64,000 bases of DNA from a virus: positions 1 through 64,000 of the IMG/VR virus record IMGVR_UViG_3300017754_002544; one strand, given 5' to 3'. Position 1 is the first letter of the stretch, and each line of letters begins with the position of its first letter. The notes under the pieces are model-generated. The model was not told where the DNA came from. It worked only from the letters and a program-made list of their open reading frames with translations, and did no database searches. Of this stretch, positions 8,146 to 17,907 are shown in pieces. Position numbers and translations under genes: made by a program.

Positions 8146-9390
8146 ATGAGTTGTTCAAATTGTAACCAAAATAATTGTAGTCAAACAAAATGTAATTGTT
8201 CAGGACCTACAAGATATAATGGACCTAATGTTGATTGTGTTGGATTAGAAACTAATACCCCCTATGATGCTGTTGTTCAACAACTAGCTGAATTTATGTG
8301 TGATATTATTGATCCAATTCAAGTTATTGTAGAAGGAGATTCAGAAACAACAGAAGTAACTTCTGTAACTAATGTATCAAATAGTACAATAACGTACACA
8401 GTAGCAGCTCAAGATACTGGATGGGTAGATTTAGAAGGATTTGATTATTACCAAGGCGCAATGTCTACTCAAAAACCACAATGTAGAAAAATTGGTAAAC
8501 AAGTACATTTTAGAGGAGATTTATATATTCCAATAACTGATGGTTCTGCTATTATTCCAATAACAACATCAGATACTTATAGAGCACTTAGAAGGATGGT
8601 TCCATTTATTGGTAATGGAGGAGTTTTTGCAGATACAGAAGATAGATTATTATTTAATAGTAATGGTACATCAGCTCAACCAGTTGTTCCAATATCTGTT
8701 TTACCAGCTTTAACACAAATAGATAATACCTATTTATCATCAAAAACAACAGCTTTAAGACAAGTACAAATTTTTGATATAAGTGATCCAGATATTCAAC
8801 AAGAAGGTACAGCATTATTAAGTGCGTATGTTCATGTTGAAATTCTTCCAAATAAAACATTAAGGCTTACAGCTTTAAATACATTAGAATCAAATGCGTT
8901 AGATGAGACTACAATAAATGGCACATCTAATTTAAGGATGATTACTAGTAGCTATCGAGATAGAGGTAATATATTAGATTTTTCAGACTATACTTATGCT
9001 AGAACATCGCAAAATACAGCAGATTATGGCGAGCAATCTTCTGGTAGTATAAGTGCTGGTGTATTTGTAATAATAAGAAGCTATCAAGCAGGAGATGACT
9101 TTTCAAATATTGGAGGACCAGGTGTAGGTTTACCAGGACAATGGGATGGATATACATTTATTTCTACAGGTGGATTTCCAACTACTTGGACAAATGGTTC
9201 AACAATAGTTGCAAACTCAACTAATGATACATATAGATTATTAAACCAAGATATTGGATCATCTCTATGGCCAGTATTTTTAGATTCAGTTTCTGGACCA
9301 TATAATCCAGGAGTATTACAAGCAGCTAATCCATTTAATCTAGGAGGATTTAAAATAAGCCTTGATGGTCTTATAGCATATATAGATTAA
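8146..9390 (+). CDS. Tail fibre protein with Cys-rich N-terminus
   Basis: Start moved to ATG 8146 (MSCSNCN); DTGWVDL...PQCRKIGKQVHFRG fibre-type motif. Confidence 0.65.
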   Translation: MSCSNCNQNNCSQTKCNCSGPTRYNGPNVDCVGLETNTPYDAVVQQLAEFMCDIIDPIQVIVEGDSETTEVTSVTNVSNSTITYTVAAQDTGWVDLEGFDYYQGAMSTQKPQCRKIGKQVHFRGDLYIPITDGSAIIPITTSDTYRALRRMVPFIGNGGVFADTEDRLLFNSNGTSAQPVVPISVLPALTQIDNTYLSSKTTALRQVQIFDISDPDIQQEGTALLSAYVHVEILPNKTLRLTALNTLESNALDETTINGTSNLRMITSSYRDRGNILDFSDYTYARTSQNTADYGEQSSGSISAGVFVIIRSYQAGDDFSNIGGPGVGLPGQWDGYTFISTGGFPTTWTNGSTIVANSTNDTYRLLNQDIGSSLWPVFLDSVSGPYNPGVLQAANPFNLGGFKISLDGLIAYID

Positions 9391-9435
9391 TATAACTTGG
9401 TAGAAGAGGTTTGTTGGTTTTCCACTTCTATCTCC

Positions 9436-9465
9436 CCCCTCATCGTATTGGTGAGGGGCTTTTTG
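9436..9465 (+). terminator. Intrinsic terminator after the fibre operon
   Basis: cccctcatc-gtatt-ggtgagggg stem-loop followed by ctttttg. Confidence 0.75.
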
Positions 9466-9508
9466 TCTTATAAAATTCAATCTTTTTTAACTACTCAATT
9501 ACTATTAT

Positions 9509-9516
9509 TAAATTTG
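9509..9516 (+). promoter_or_regulatory. Bacteroidota -7 promoter element
   Basis: TAAATTTG 5 nt before ATG 9522; no clear -33 TTTG. Confidence 0.6.
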
Positions 9517-9521
9517 ATGTT

Positions 9522-10226
9522 ATGGTAACTAATTCCGAATTTGTATCAAGAGTTGTTAATGGTTTAAAAGCCTTATCAAAGGACACGCATATTAGTGCTA
9601 GGTATATAGCTCATATTGGAAAAGTAAAATCCAAATTGTATATGAGTCAAAAGCTAGATGATATGTCTTTGTTCAAAGAAGATGGAATTATATCTAGTGT
9701 AAATTGCTTTAAATTAGAAAGAGTAAAAAGTAAGGACTGTGGAATTGTAGAGTTTACACTTTGTGATAATGTAATGAAATCTTGTAAAAAACTACCGGAA
9801 GGGCTTTTCGGTAAGAATGGATCAAGTATAATAAGCGTAATGAGTATTGATGGTGGAAAAATATATAGATATATTACACCAAGAAAATACGTTGATATAA
9901 AGAAGAGAAAATATAGAAGAAAAGATTCTTGGTTTTATTATGTACAAGATGACTTTTTATATTTACCAGATTCAAATAATGAATTAGTTGATCTTACAAT
10001 GATTGTTGTTGATAAAGATGCGATAGAAGAAGTATCTACATGCTCTAATCAAAATAATAAACCATCTTGTAAATCAAAACTAGATTCTGAATTTGTTTGC
10101 CCAGATAGAATCCTAGATTTAGTTGTAGGAGCTACTATACAAGAAGTAGGAACTTTGTATAGGACATCAGTAGCAGACGAAAATCCAAATCTAGATGAAA
10201 ACCAAAAAACAAAAACTGTAAACTAG
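9522..10226 (+). CDS. Putative tail ring/adaptor protein (crAss-like)
   Basis: 234 aa; position directly before the IHF-like, tail tube and stabilisation genes matches crAss-like synteny. Confidence 0.55.
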   Translation: MVTNSEFVSRVVNGLKALSKDTHISARYIAHIGKVKSKLYMSQKLDDMSLFKEDGIISSVNCFKLERVKSKDCGIVEFTLCDNVMKSCKKLPEGLFGKNGSSIISVMSIDGGKIYRYITPRKYVDIKKRKYRRKDSWFYYVQDDFLYLPDSNNELVDLTMIVVDKDAIEEVSTCSNQNNKPSCKSKLDSEFVCPDRILDLVVGATIQEVGTLYRTSVADENPNLDENQKTKTVN

Positions 10227-10694
10227 ATGGCTAAGAAGTTGGCAAAACCATACCTTCTTCTACATCATTCTATATATACTGAGTATCTAAACTATAAAAA
10301 GATGCCAGTAAGTCATAGGATAAAAGGTAGAGAAGAAGTTAGAAATATAGTTAAGACTATATGCAAACACATAGGAAATGAAATAGTTGATAGGAAAGCT
10401 GGAGTACATATAAATGGACTTGGTTATTTTTTTATTTGGAAGATTCCTAAAAAAATGACTTATAATAAAAAAATAAAAGGTGTAGGTTTAGAAGAGAATT
10501 ATAACCATCACACAAATAACTATATGTTTTCTCCAATCCTATTACCATCTTTAGATAAAAATAATACTCTAGCTTATTGGAGTATGGACAACTCTTTTGT
10601 AAACAAGCTTAAGCAAGGAGTTAAAAAGAATGTTATGGCTGGTTTTAAATATAAAATTTACCCATACAGTATTAGAAGACTAAATACTTTATAA
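10227..10694 (+). CDS. IHF/HU-like DNA-binding protein
   Basis: Basic; helix followed by GVHINGLGYF, resembling the HU V-x-I-x-G-F-G-x-F motif; crAss-like synteny. Confidence 0.55.
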   Translation: MAKKLAKPYLLLHHSIYTEYLNYKKMPVSHRIKGREEVRNIVKTICKHIGNEIVDRKAGVHINGLGYFFIWKIPKKMTYNKKIKGVGLEENYNHHTNNYMFSPILLPSLDKNNTLAYWSMDNSFVNKLKQGVKKNVMAGFKYKIYPYSIRRLNTL

Positions 10695-11575
10695 TGAATA
10701 ATATTGATTCTCTAATAGCGGAAGTAAAATCAGACTTTAGCAAATATGCTGACGCTGGACTTCTTGACGAAGATTCTATGTATAGAGATATTCTATTAGG
10801 CCTTAAGAAATTTGGGAATGATATAATGGAATTACATGAAACTGTTGTCGAAGTAAAAGATGGGTATGCAGAATTACCCGAAAACTTCTATAGTCTTTAT
10901 TTAGCAGCTCTATGTAAGCCACTAGGTTATAAAAATAATTGTGATTCAGAAGATGAGTTCCACGATTTACAAGATTCTTATTTTTATACAGAAAGAGTTA
11001 AGTACGATAGAAAATGGTCAGAGTGTGGTTCATGTTGTGATGAATTGTCAGAGAGTGTAATTAGAGAAAATCTATACTTCAAATCTAAAAGAATGGCTGA
11101 GTTCTATTATCATCAGCCAGAACTCTTAAGTTTAGGAAAAACATTCAATAAGAATAATTGTCATAGCAAGTGTAGAAATAAACTTGTACATGATAATCCA
11201 AATCAAATAGTTATTGTAAAATATAGACTTCAGGCTAATTTTAATGAAGGAGACATCTATATGCAATACTATGGACTTCCAATGGATGAAGATGGTAATA
11301 TTGATATTCCAGAATCAAAAAACGGACATTTGGAAGAATATCTAGAATATAGATTAAAAAGAAAAATAGCGGAAAGGTTAATAGGTAATGTTGAAGGACC
11401 TGGAATGGCTCAAATGTACGCAAACTATGGGCAGCAAGAAAGGATAAACCTAAAGAATGCTTCTAATGAATTAAAGATGAGAAGTATCACACCTACCTCA
11501 ATGCAAAGACTAAAGAGAATTAACAGATTAGAGTCGCTTCAATTTGAAAGCGCATTCACTAGAATGTATTCATAA
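10694..11575 (+). CDS. Putative tail tubular protein
   Basis: 293 aa; VEVKDGYAELPENF and YYGLPMDEDGNIDIP motifs; synteny. Confidence 0.6.
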   Translation: MNNIDSLIAEVKSDFSKYADAGLLDEDSMYRDILLGLKKFGNDIMELHETVVEVKDGYAELPENFYSLYLAALCKPLGYKNNCDSEDEFHDLQDSYFYTERVKYDRKWSECGSCCDELSESVIRENLYFKSKRMAEFYYHQPELLSLGKTFNKNNCHSKCRNKLVHDNPNQIVIVKYRLQANFNEGDIYMQYYGLPMDEDGNIDIPESKNGHLEEYLEYRLKRKIAERLIGNVEGPGMAQMYANYGQQERINLKNASNELKMRSITPTSMQRLKRINRLESLQFESAFTRMYS

Positions 11576-14500
11576 TGCCAAAACAAAGAAATTTATCCGG
11601 TGCTAAAATGGGGATGAACAGAGACAAAGCCCCATTTGATTTAGATAATTCTGAGTATTCGTTTGCAATGAATGCAAACTTTCATGATGAGCATGGATCA
11701 GGTCCAGTAAATTTACAGAATGAACCTTCTAATATTTATTGTACAGGCTTTAGACCTGGTTTCAAAGTAATAGGACATAAGTTTGATATAAATAAAGATA
11801 GGACTTATTTCTTTCTAGTTAATACAACAACAAATTGTTCTGAAATAGGATACATAAATAGTTTCTATAACATTGATGGTTTAGAGCAAGTAGAGAGTAA
11901 TTGCAATTGTAATCTTCAAGTTGTTTTAGAAAATCCATTAGAAGAAACAGTACAAGTAGCAACTTGTTCATACATAACTATTTTAAATGATTGTGATTGT
12001 AATGGACAATCAGGTAATCAATGTTTAAATTTTAATATAAACTATCCGATATTTGAATCTAACATTCAATTAAAGGACGAGTTCTCAGGAAGAGTTATAT
12101 ATTTTACAGATGGATTAAATCCACCTAGATATATTCAATTAGATAGGTTAGATATTTATCTACAAGATGAAGATCTATGTACAGGAGAGATAGATCCAGT
12201 ATGTCTTGATTGTGAAAAAATGAGGATTTTCAAATTATATGACAAGCCTTGTTTAACTGTAGATATACTTCAAAATGGTGGAAACTTAAAAGCAGGATTA
12301 TACGAAGCTGCAATAGCTTATTGTACACAAGATGGTATAGAGATATCTCCATACTATTCTATGACAAATCCAATACCAATTTTTGATGATAACAATATTA
12401 TACTAGATCAAACTGATTTAGATTATGTAACAAACCTATCTATAAAATTAACTGCAACTGATTTAGATATAGACTATGAGTATTTTAAAGTTGCTATAGT
12501 TTATAGAAGTGGATTAGACGCATCTACAACTGTAGTTATTAATGGGATTTATCCAATAACAACTGGAAGTATTAGTGTATACAATTTAACTGATAAAACA
12601 GCAATTACACTTCCTGAATTAGTTGTTGGTAAAGTATCTTACGAAACATCTAGAGGACTAGCTTCAGGAAATGGGTACCTATTTCAGTATGGGATGAAAG
12701 CTCATAGAGAGATAAATCTTCAACCAGTTGTTAACTTATTAGGATCTTTAGTAAAGTGGAGCACAGTTGCAGCTCAAGAGGACATATATAAAAATGGAGC
12801 TTTAGTATCTAATTTTACTGGATACATGAGAGACGAAGTATACCCATTAGCTATAAAATTTTTCCTTGATGGTGGATATGAGACTCCAAACTTTGTATTT
12901 ATACCAAGACCTCCACTTGATTTTGAAATAGAAGAATTAGGTATAGATTATGCAGAAGATGACAACAATCAATCAGTTTTAGAGCATAATCCTGATTGTT
13001 CAGGAAACGATAGAAATAAAAGATGGCAATTTGAAAATACAGCTCAAGTAATAGACAGATGTGAAGTACCTGAAAATCCAGCATATGGTGAGCAGGTAAA
13101 TATAGTTACTGAAACAAATATTTGTTATTATGATATTGAAGTCACAGTAGCAGGACCAGAAACTTTGGTTATACCAAATGGGCAAAACTTAGTAACTTAT
13201 ATAAACAATAATCAAGCTGAGATAATCGCATCATCAGATCCTGATTGGGCAACTATAGCTGGAATTATCGATGATCCAACTGATTATCCAGGAGATTGTG
13301 TGCCTTCATTTGGAGATACTTGTACAGTCAATCCAATACCAATTTCTGAGGAAATAGTTGCAGTATCAGTAGGTACTGAGTCATCTTCCGAAACAGCTTT
13401 AACAGGGTTTACAGATTATGTTAGAGTTAATCCTCCAGGATTAGCTTCAGTAATTGATATAGATGGATCACCAGCTTTAGAAGATACAACTTTCATAACT
13501 AATTATATGAGGCCATGGGAAGTTGTTTATTATAGAGCTAACTATGGAAATACAAGTTGTTCTACTTTTGACCCTATTATTCAATATATTAATCCACCAA
13601 CAACTGTTAATAATCCAGTATGGCTTGATTACGCAGGTTCTTTAGGAACTAATGCATCACTACTTACACCAATAACAGTATCTGCTGTTGACGTTCCAAA
13701 TGGGTTTACATCTAATCTACATGTAAATGCAAGGTGGTATAAAATAGATTTTCCTAGTGGTCTTGATACTCAAATAATTGAATTGTCTACAAATGCAGTA
13801 GCAACAACAGATGATATTTGCCAAGATAAATTAAGAGTTACATTTTATGATGGTTGTCCAACAACTTCAGATGTTGCTGCATATGCCATAATAATATCTG
13901 ATATTACATTAGCAAATGATCCAGATAAATTTATAGTATTAAATTCTGCTGATTTTCCATCAGGAAGTGCATATATAGCTTTAGATACACCTATTAAAGT
14001 AGATGTAATGTGGTCTTTAGTGTTTACAGGTACTTCAGGAAGCGTAGATATAGAAATTGATGGAATTACATATACACAAGCTTATACTGGAAGTTTACCA
14101 GGAACTGCATCAGATTTCTTATCAAATCATACAACTCCGACAATAATAGATTCTATATCTTATAATATATTAAATGGAAGTAATAACATATATGCTGTAG
14201 TCATTGGACCTTCTGTCATATTTAGAAGTACTGAGGAAGAGTTTAATTCATTAGTTGTAACAAGTATATCTTGGGACTTAGGGGCAGCTGCACTTCCTAT
14301 GCAATATTATCATGTTTTAACTACGATTTGTGGATGTGTAAACTTATTTAGTAGAGAACTAGATACCTTTATAGAAACTACTTTTACAGATTTAGTATTT
14401 TATAAAAAGCAAACATACGAAGCAGATTGTGAATATACAATACCAGTATTAGGAGATTGTGACCCTGTCCCTTACGAATATGGACTTTTTAGTTATTGGG

Positions 14501-17500
14501 AATCAGTTGAAAAATATCCATGTAATGATGAGTTATATGATTCATCAAGCTCAATATGTGTAGAGTTATCAGATTTACAAACATACTTAAGTTCAGCAGA
14601 AATAGACGAATTCTTAGATTATTATATTGAAGGTGGAAGTGCGGCTCCAGTAATAGATGCAGTTATAGGAAGCCCTTGTTTTGGAAAACTAAAATGGAAA
14701 GAAGATTTAAGTGGTAAACCATTTGTAGATTTTAGAGATAGAGAAATAAGACATTATAAATTTCCTTGTTCTATTACATCTCCTTTTATGAGTACAACCT
14801 CTCAAAATCCAGGAGATTTTAATGAAAGTGTAATATATCCAATTGGATTTACAATATCAGAAGAGGCAATAAAAACATTCTTAGATTTAGCTGTAACAAA
14901 TGGATTATTAACACTCGAAGAAAGGCTAAAAATTAATAAATACGAAATATTTAGAGGAGATAGAAGTGTTGATAAATCAATTATATCAAAAGGTTTATTA
15001 TTTGATACATATCAATATGCAGATGGAAATAAAGAGACTGGATTTTTAGACCCAGCTCAAATAGTACTTTATCCAAATTATCCATTAAATGCACTTGGGG
15101 AAGATGTATATAATAGAGTACTTCATCCCTACGATAGTACAAAAAATCATTCATTTACGTACCATTCTCCAGACATCCATTACTATAAACCATTTTTACC
15201 TAGAGAATTAAAAATAGAAGGTTATCAATTTGGAAAGTCTCAAACTACATTTGATATAGTAAGAGACCATTCTACATATGTAGTTCTTGGAAAATTAGCA
15301 TTTAATCTTGCTACAATTCTAGCTATAATAGAAGTTTCTTTAGATATAGCATTACAAGCAGGACAATTGATTTTAGATGCAGGAGGTTCAAATATAACAG
15401 TACTTCCAGCAAATGTAATTATAGCAATTACCCTAGGAGCTTTGTTATTATCTTCTTTCTATAGAGTTCAAGAAGTAAGATATAAGTGGATTGAAACTTT
15501 TTATAATTTAGGGCATTTACATCAATTTGCTTATTATAGTGCCACAATTGGATATTATAATAATTTTTTACCAAATCCACTTTCAAATGAGGTATTGAGA
15601 GCAATGCCAACTATAAAATATTTAAAAGATGGTAGATACTCAATACCTAATGAAGATATTAGTGTTGGTGGAAGTTTCCTATTTAATAATTTTCAAAGAG
15701 AAGATTCAGTATTTTTAAATGTATCTGAATTTCCTATTAATTACCCTTCTATATACTATAATTACGATACAAATAATGATATAGATAATTGTAGTAGAAG
15801 ATTTTATGATGGAGTTGGTAAAAGTGGATTATTAAAAGGAAACGCTGCATCACCTTATGTTTCTTTAAAACAATATTTACCATCTCAGTATGGTAATATA
15901 CAATCTATAGATTGGGTACATACAAATTTTTGTGGAGACTTAAATCAATCATTTGACTGTAATCCTATTTTTGGTGGGGATGTATCTATATCAAGATTTT
16001 CAGTAAAAAGGAAAATACCATTCTTTACTACTAATTCACATGGTTTAGCACCAAGAACTCCTTTTCAATATTCAGAAAATTTCAATATAAATCCTGCAAA
16101 TATTACTAGTAGATATTATATCGATTATTTAATAAATGATGAAGAGACTTTTTTTGGAATAACATTTCCAACTAGTAATAAAAGTGAGTTCTATTTATAT
16201 CCATCAGGAGCATCTGGAGCCTTTGATTTTTATATAAGGCCACCAGAAAAATTCTTTTTATTTTCATATGGATTTCCATACTTTTTAGCAGAAAGCACAA
16301 TAAATAGTAATTTTAGATATGCTAAAAGAGAGAAGTTCCAAGACTTTTATCCAAACACTCCTGATGTAATAGAGTTTACACAAGAAAGTAATGTTAGTAT
16401 TAGAGAGCTAAACTACTACTATTATAACTTTGTATATTCGGCACTTCATACGCCATATAGAAGAAGAATGCTACCTGACAATTATGATAGTGTTCTATAT
16501 GCCGGAACTGAGGATCAAAGTAATACAGTAATATACTCTCTACAAGATAGCTCTGAAACTTCATTGACTGATCCATGGATAGTATATAATGGACTTGATG
16601 CTTACACTTTTCCAAAAACATTTGGTAAGCTAATCACTATGGATAGTATTGAATCTGAGCAAATATTAGCTAGGTTCGAGAATGGATTTACAATGTTCGG
16701 AGCTGTAGATCAAATAGCAGACAGATTCACTTCAGATACAGCTAATTTAGGTCAAGGTGGAATATTTGCAGGAAGGTCAGTAAACTTTAATAAAACTGAT
16801 TTAGGATATGCCGGAACACAACACTCAGCTAAAGTTAGTTGTGAGTTTGGACATTTTTGGGTAGATGCTAAAAGAGGTCAAGTATTACAAGTTGAACCAG
16901 GAGGCACATCTTTTGCTGAAGTAACAGCTGGATTGGAAAAATGGTTTAAAGAAAATCTACCATTCAAGATAACCCAATATGTACCAAATATACCTCAGAA
17001 AGACTTAGATAATAATTTCAAAGGTTTAGGTATAACGATGGGATGGGATTCTAGACTTAGAAGAATATTCTTGACAAAACTAGACTATAAAGTATTAGTT
17101 GATGGTGTACAGTATATAGATGGAGAATTTTATTTAAGAGAAGGAGAAAAACTAAGTAAAGTAGATTTAACAGATAGAACAATATTTGAAGATTGTTCAT
17201 TTACTGTAGCTTATAGTCCATTAACTAAAAGCTGGATTTCATACTATTCCTTTAAACCAAACTACTATATTGGCTATAATAACTATTTTCAAACAGGTGT
17301 AAACTATTCAGTAGATGCAACTGAAGAAGGACTTTGGTCACACTTTCCATTTTTAAGTTCTTATCAAGTTTTCTACGGAACTTTACATCCATTTACAATT
17401 GAAAGTATAGCCCCTACAAAAGGATACAATTCAGTATTACATAGTATTGAGTATTGGTTAGATACAAGAAAATACTATAATAAATATGATTTTGCTGATA

Positions 17501-17901
17501 TATTTGGATATGGTTTCAATAAAGCGTATATTTACAATAGTAATCAAAATACTGGAAGATTAAATTTAGTACATCAAAAGAATAATGATTTAAGTCAATC
17601 ACTTCAATATCCAATACACAATGTAAATTCTACAGATATTTTACAATCAGAGATAAATGGTAAGTGGACTTTTAATTATCTTTACAATTTAGTTAAAAGC
17701 GAAAGAAGTGGATTACCAATTTGGAGATATGACTGTAGCCAAATTGATAAGACGATTGATGATAGATTACTAGATTATAGAAGCAATTATAAAGATAGAA
17801 TACGAGGTGAGTATTTCTTAATAAGATTGGAGCAAGATGCCGAGAGTAGATATAAGATGATATATAGATTCCAATCAGATATGAGAAACTATTACGAATA
17901 A
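11575..17901 (+). CDS. Tail stabilisation/muzzle-like protein
   Basis: 2108 aa; GMNRD N-terminus, IYFTDGLNPPRYI, GYMRDEVY, FWVDAKRG, WISYYSFKP, IRGEYF motifs typical of crAss-like tail stabilisation proteins. Confidence 0.7.
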   Translation: MPKQRNLSGAKMGMNRDKAPFDLDNSEYSFAMNANFHDEHGSGPVNLQNEPSNIYCTGFRPGFKVIGHKFDINKDRTYFFLVNTTTNCSEIGYINSFYNIDGLEQVESNCNCNLQVVLENPLEETVQVATCSYITILNDCDCNGQSGNQCLNFNINYPIFESNIQLKDEFSGRVIYFTDGLNPPRYIQLDRLDIYLQDEDLCTGEIDPVCLDCEKMRIFKLYDKPCLTVDILQNGGNLKAGLYEAAIAYCTQDGIEISPYYSMTNPIPIFDDNNIILDQTDLDYVTNLSIKLTATDLDIDYEYFKVAIVYRSGLDASTTVVINGIYPITTGSISVYNLTDKTAITLPELVVGKVSYETSRGLASGNGYLFQYGMKAHREINLQPVVNLLGSLVKWSTVAAQEDIYKNGALVSNFTGYMRDEVYPLAIKFFLDGGYETPNFVFIPRPPLDFEIEELGIDYAEDDNNQSVLEHNPDCSGNDRNKRWQFENTAQVIDRCEVPENPAYGEQVNIVTETNICYYDIEVTVAGPETLVIPNGQNLVTYINNNQAEIIASSDPDWATIAGIIDDPTDYPGDCVPSFGDTCTVNPIPISEEIVAVSVGTESSSETALTGFTDYVRVNPPGLASVIDIDGSPALEDTTFITNYMRPWEVVYYRANYGNTSCSTFDPIIQYINPPTTVNNPVWLDYAGSLGTNASLLTPITVSAVDVPNGFTSNLHVNARWYKIDFPSGLDTQIIELSTNAVATTDDICQDKLRVTFYDGCPTTSDVAAYAIIISDITLANDPDKFIVLNSADFPSGSAYIALDTPIKVDVMWSLVFTGTSGSVDIEIDGITYTQAYTGSLPGTASDFLSNHTTPTIIDSISYNILNGSNNIYAVVIGPSVIFRSTEEEFNSLVVTSISWDLGAAALPMQYYHVLTTICGCVNLFSRELDTFIETTFTDLVFYKKQTYEADCEYTIPVLGDCDPVPYEYGLFSYWESVEKYPCNDELYDSSSSICVELSDLQTYLSSAEIDEFLDYYIEGGSAAPVIDAVIGSPCFGKLKWKEDLSGKPFVDFRDREIRHYKFPCSITSPFMSTTSQNPGDFNESVIYPIGFTISEEAIKTFLDLAVTNGLLTLEERLKINKYEIFRGDRSVDKSIISKGLLFDTYQYADGNKETGFLDPAQIVLYPNYPLNALGEDVYNRVLHPYDSTKNHSFTYHSPDIHYYKPFLPRELKIEGYQFGKSQTTFDIVRDHSTYVVLGKLAFNLATILAIIEVSLDIALQAGQLILDAGGSNITVLPANVIIAITLGALLLSSFYRVQEVRYKWIETFYNLGHLHQFAYYSATIGYYNNFLPNPLSNEVLRAMPTIKYLKDGRYSIPNEDISVGGSFLFNNFQREDSVFLNVSEFPINYPSIYYNYDTNNDIDNCSRRFYDGVGKSGLLKGNAASPYVSLKQYLPSQYGNIQSIDWVHTNFCGDLNQSFDCNPIFGGDVSISRFSVKRKIPFFTTNSHGLAPRTPFQYSENFNINPANITSRYYIDYLINDEETFFGITFPTSNKSEFYLYPSGASGAFDFYIRPPEKFFLFSYGFPYFLAESTINSNFRYAKREKFQDFYPNTPDVIEFTQESNVSIRELNYYYYNFVYSALHTPYRRRMLPDNYDSVLYAGTEDQSNTVIYSLQDSSETSLTDPWIVYNGLDAYTFPKTFGKLITMDSIESEQILARFENGFTMFGAVDQIADRFTSDTANLGQGGIFAGRSVNFNKTDLGYAGTQHSAKVSCEFGHFWVDAKRGQVLQVEPGGTSFAEVTAGLEKWFKENLPFKITQYVPNIPQKDLDNNFKGLGITMGWDSRLRRIFLTKLDYKVLVDGVQYIDGEFYLREGEKLSKVDLTDRTIFEDCSFTVAYSPLTKSWISYYSFKPNYYIGYNNYFQTGVNYSVDATEEGLWSHFPFLSSYQVFYGTLHPFTIESIAPTKGYNSVLHSIEYWLDTRKYYNKYDFADIFGYGFNKAYIYNSNQNTGRLNLVHQKNNDLSQSLQYPIHNVNSTDILQSEINGKWTFNYLYNLVKSERSGLPIWRYDCSQIDKTIDDRLLDYRSNYKDRIRGEYFLIRLEQDAESRYKMIYRFQSDMRNYYE

Positions 17902-17907
17902 TAAAGT

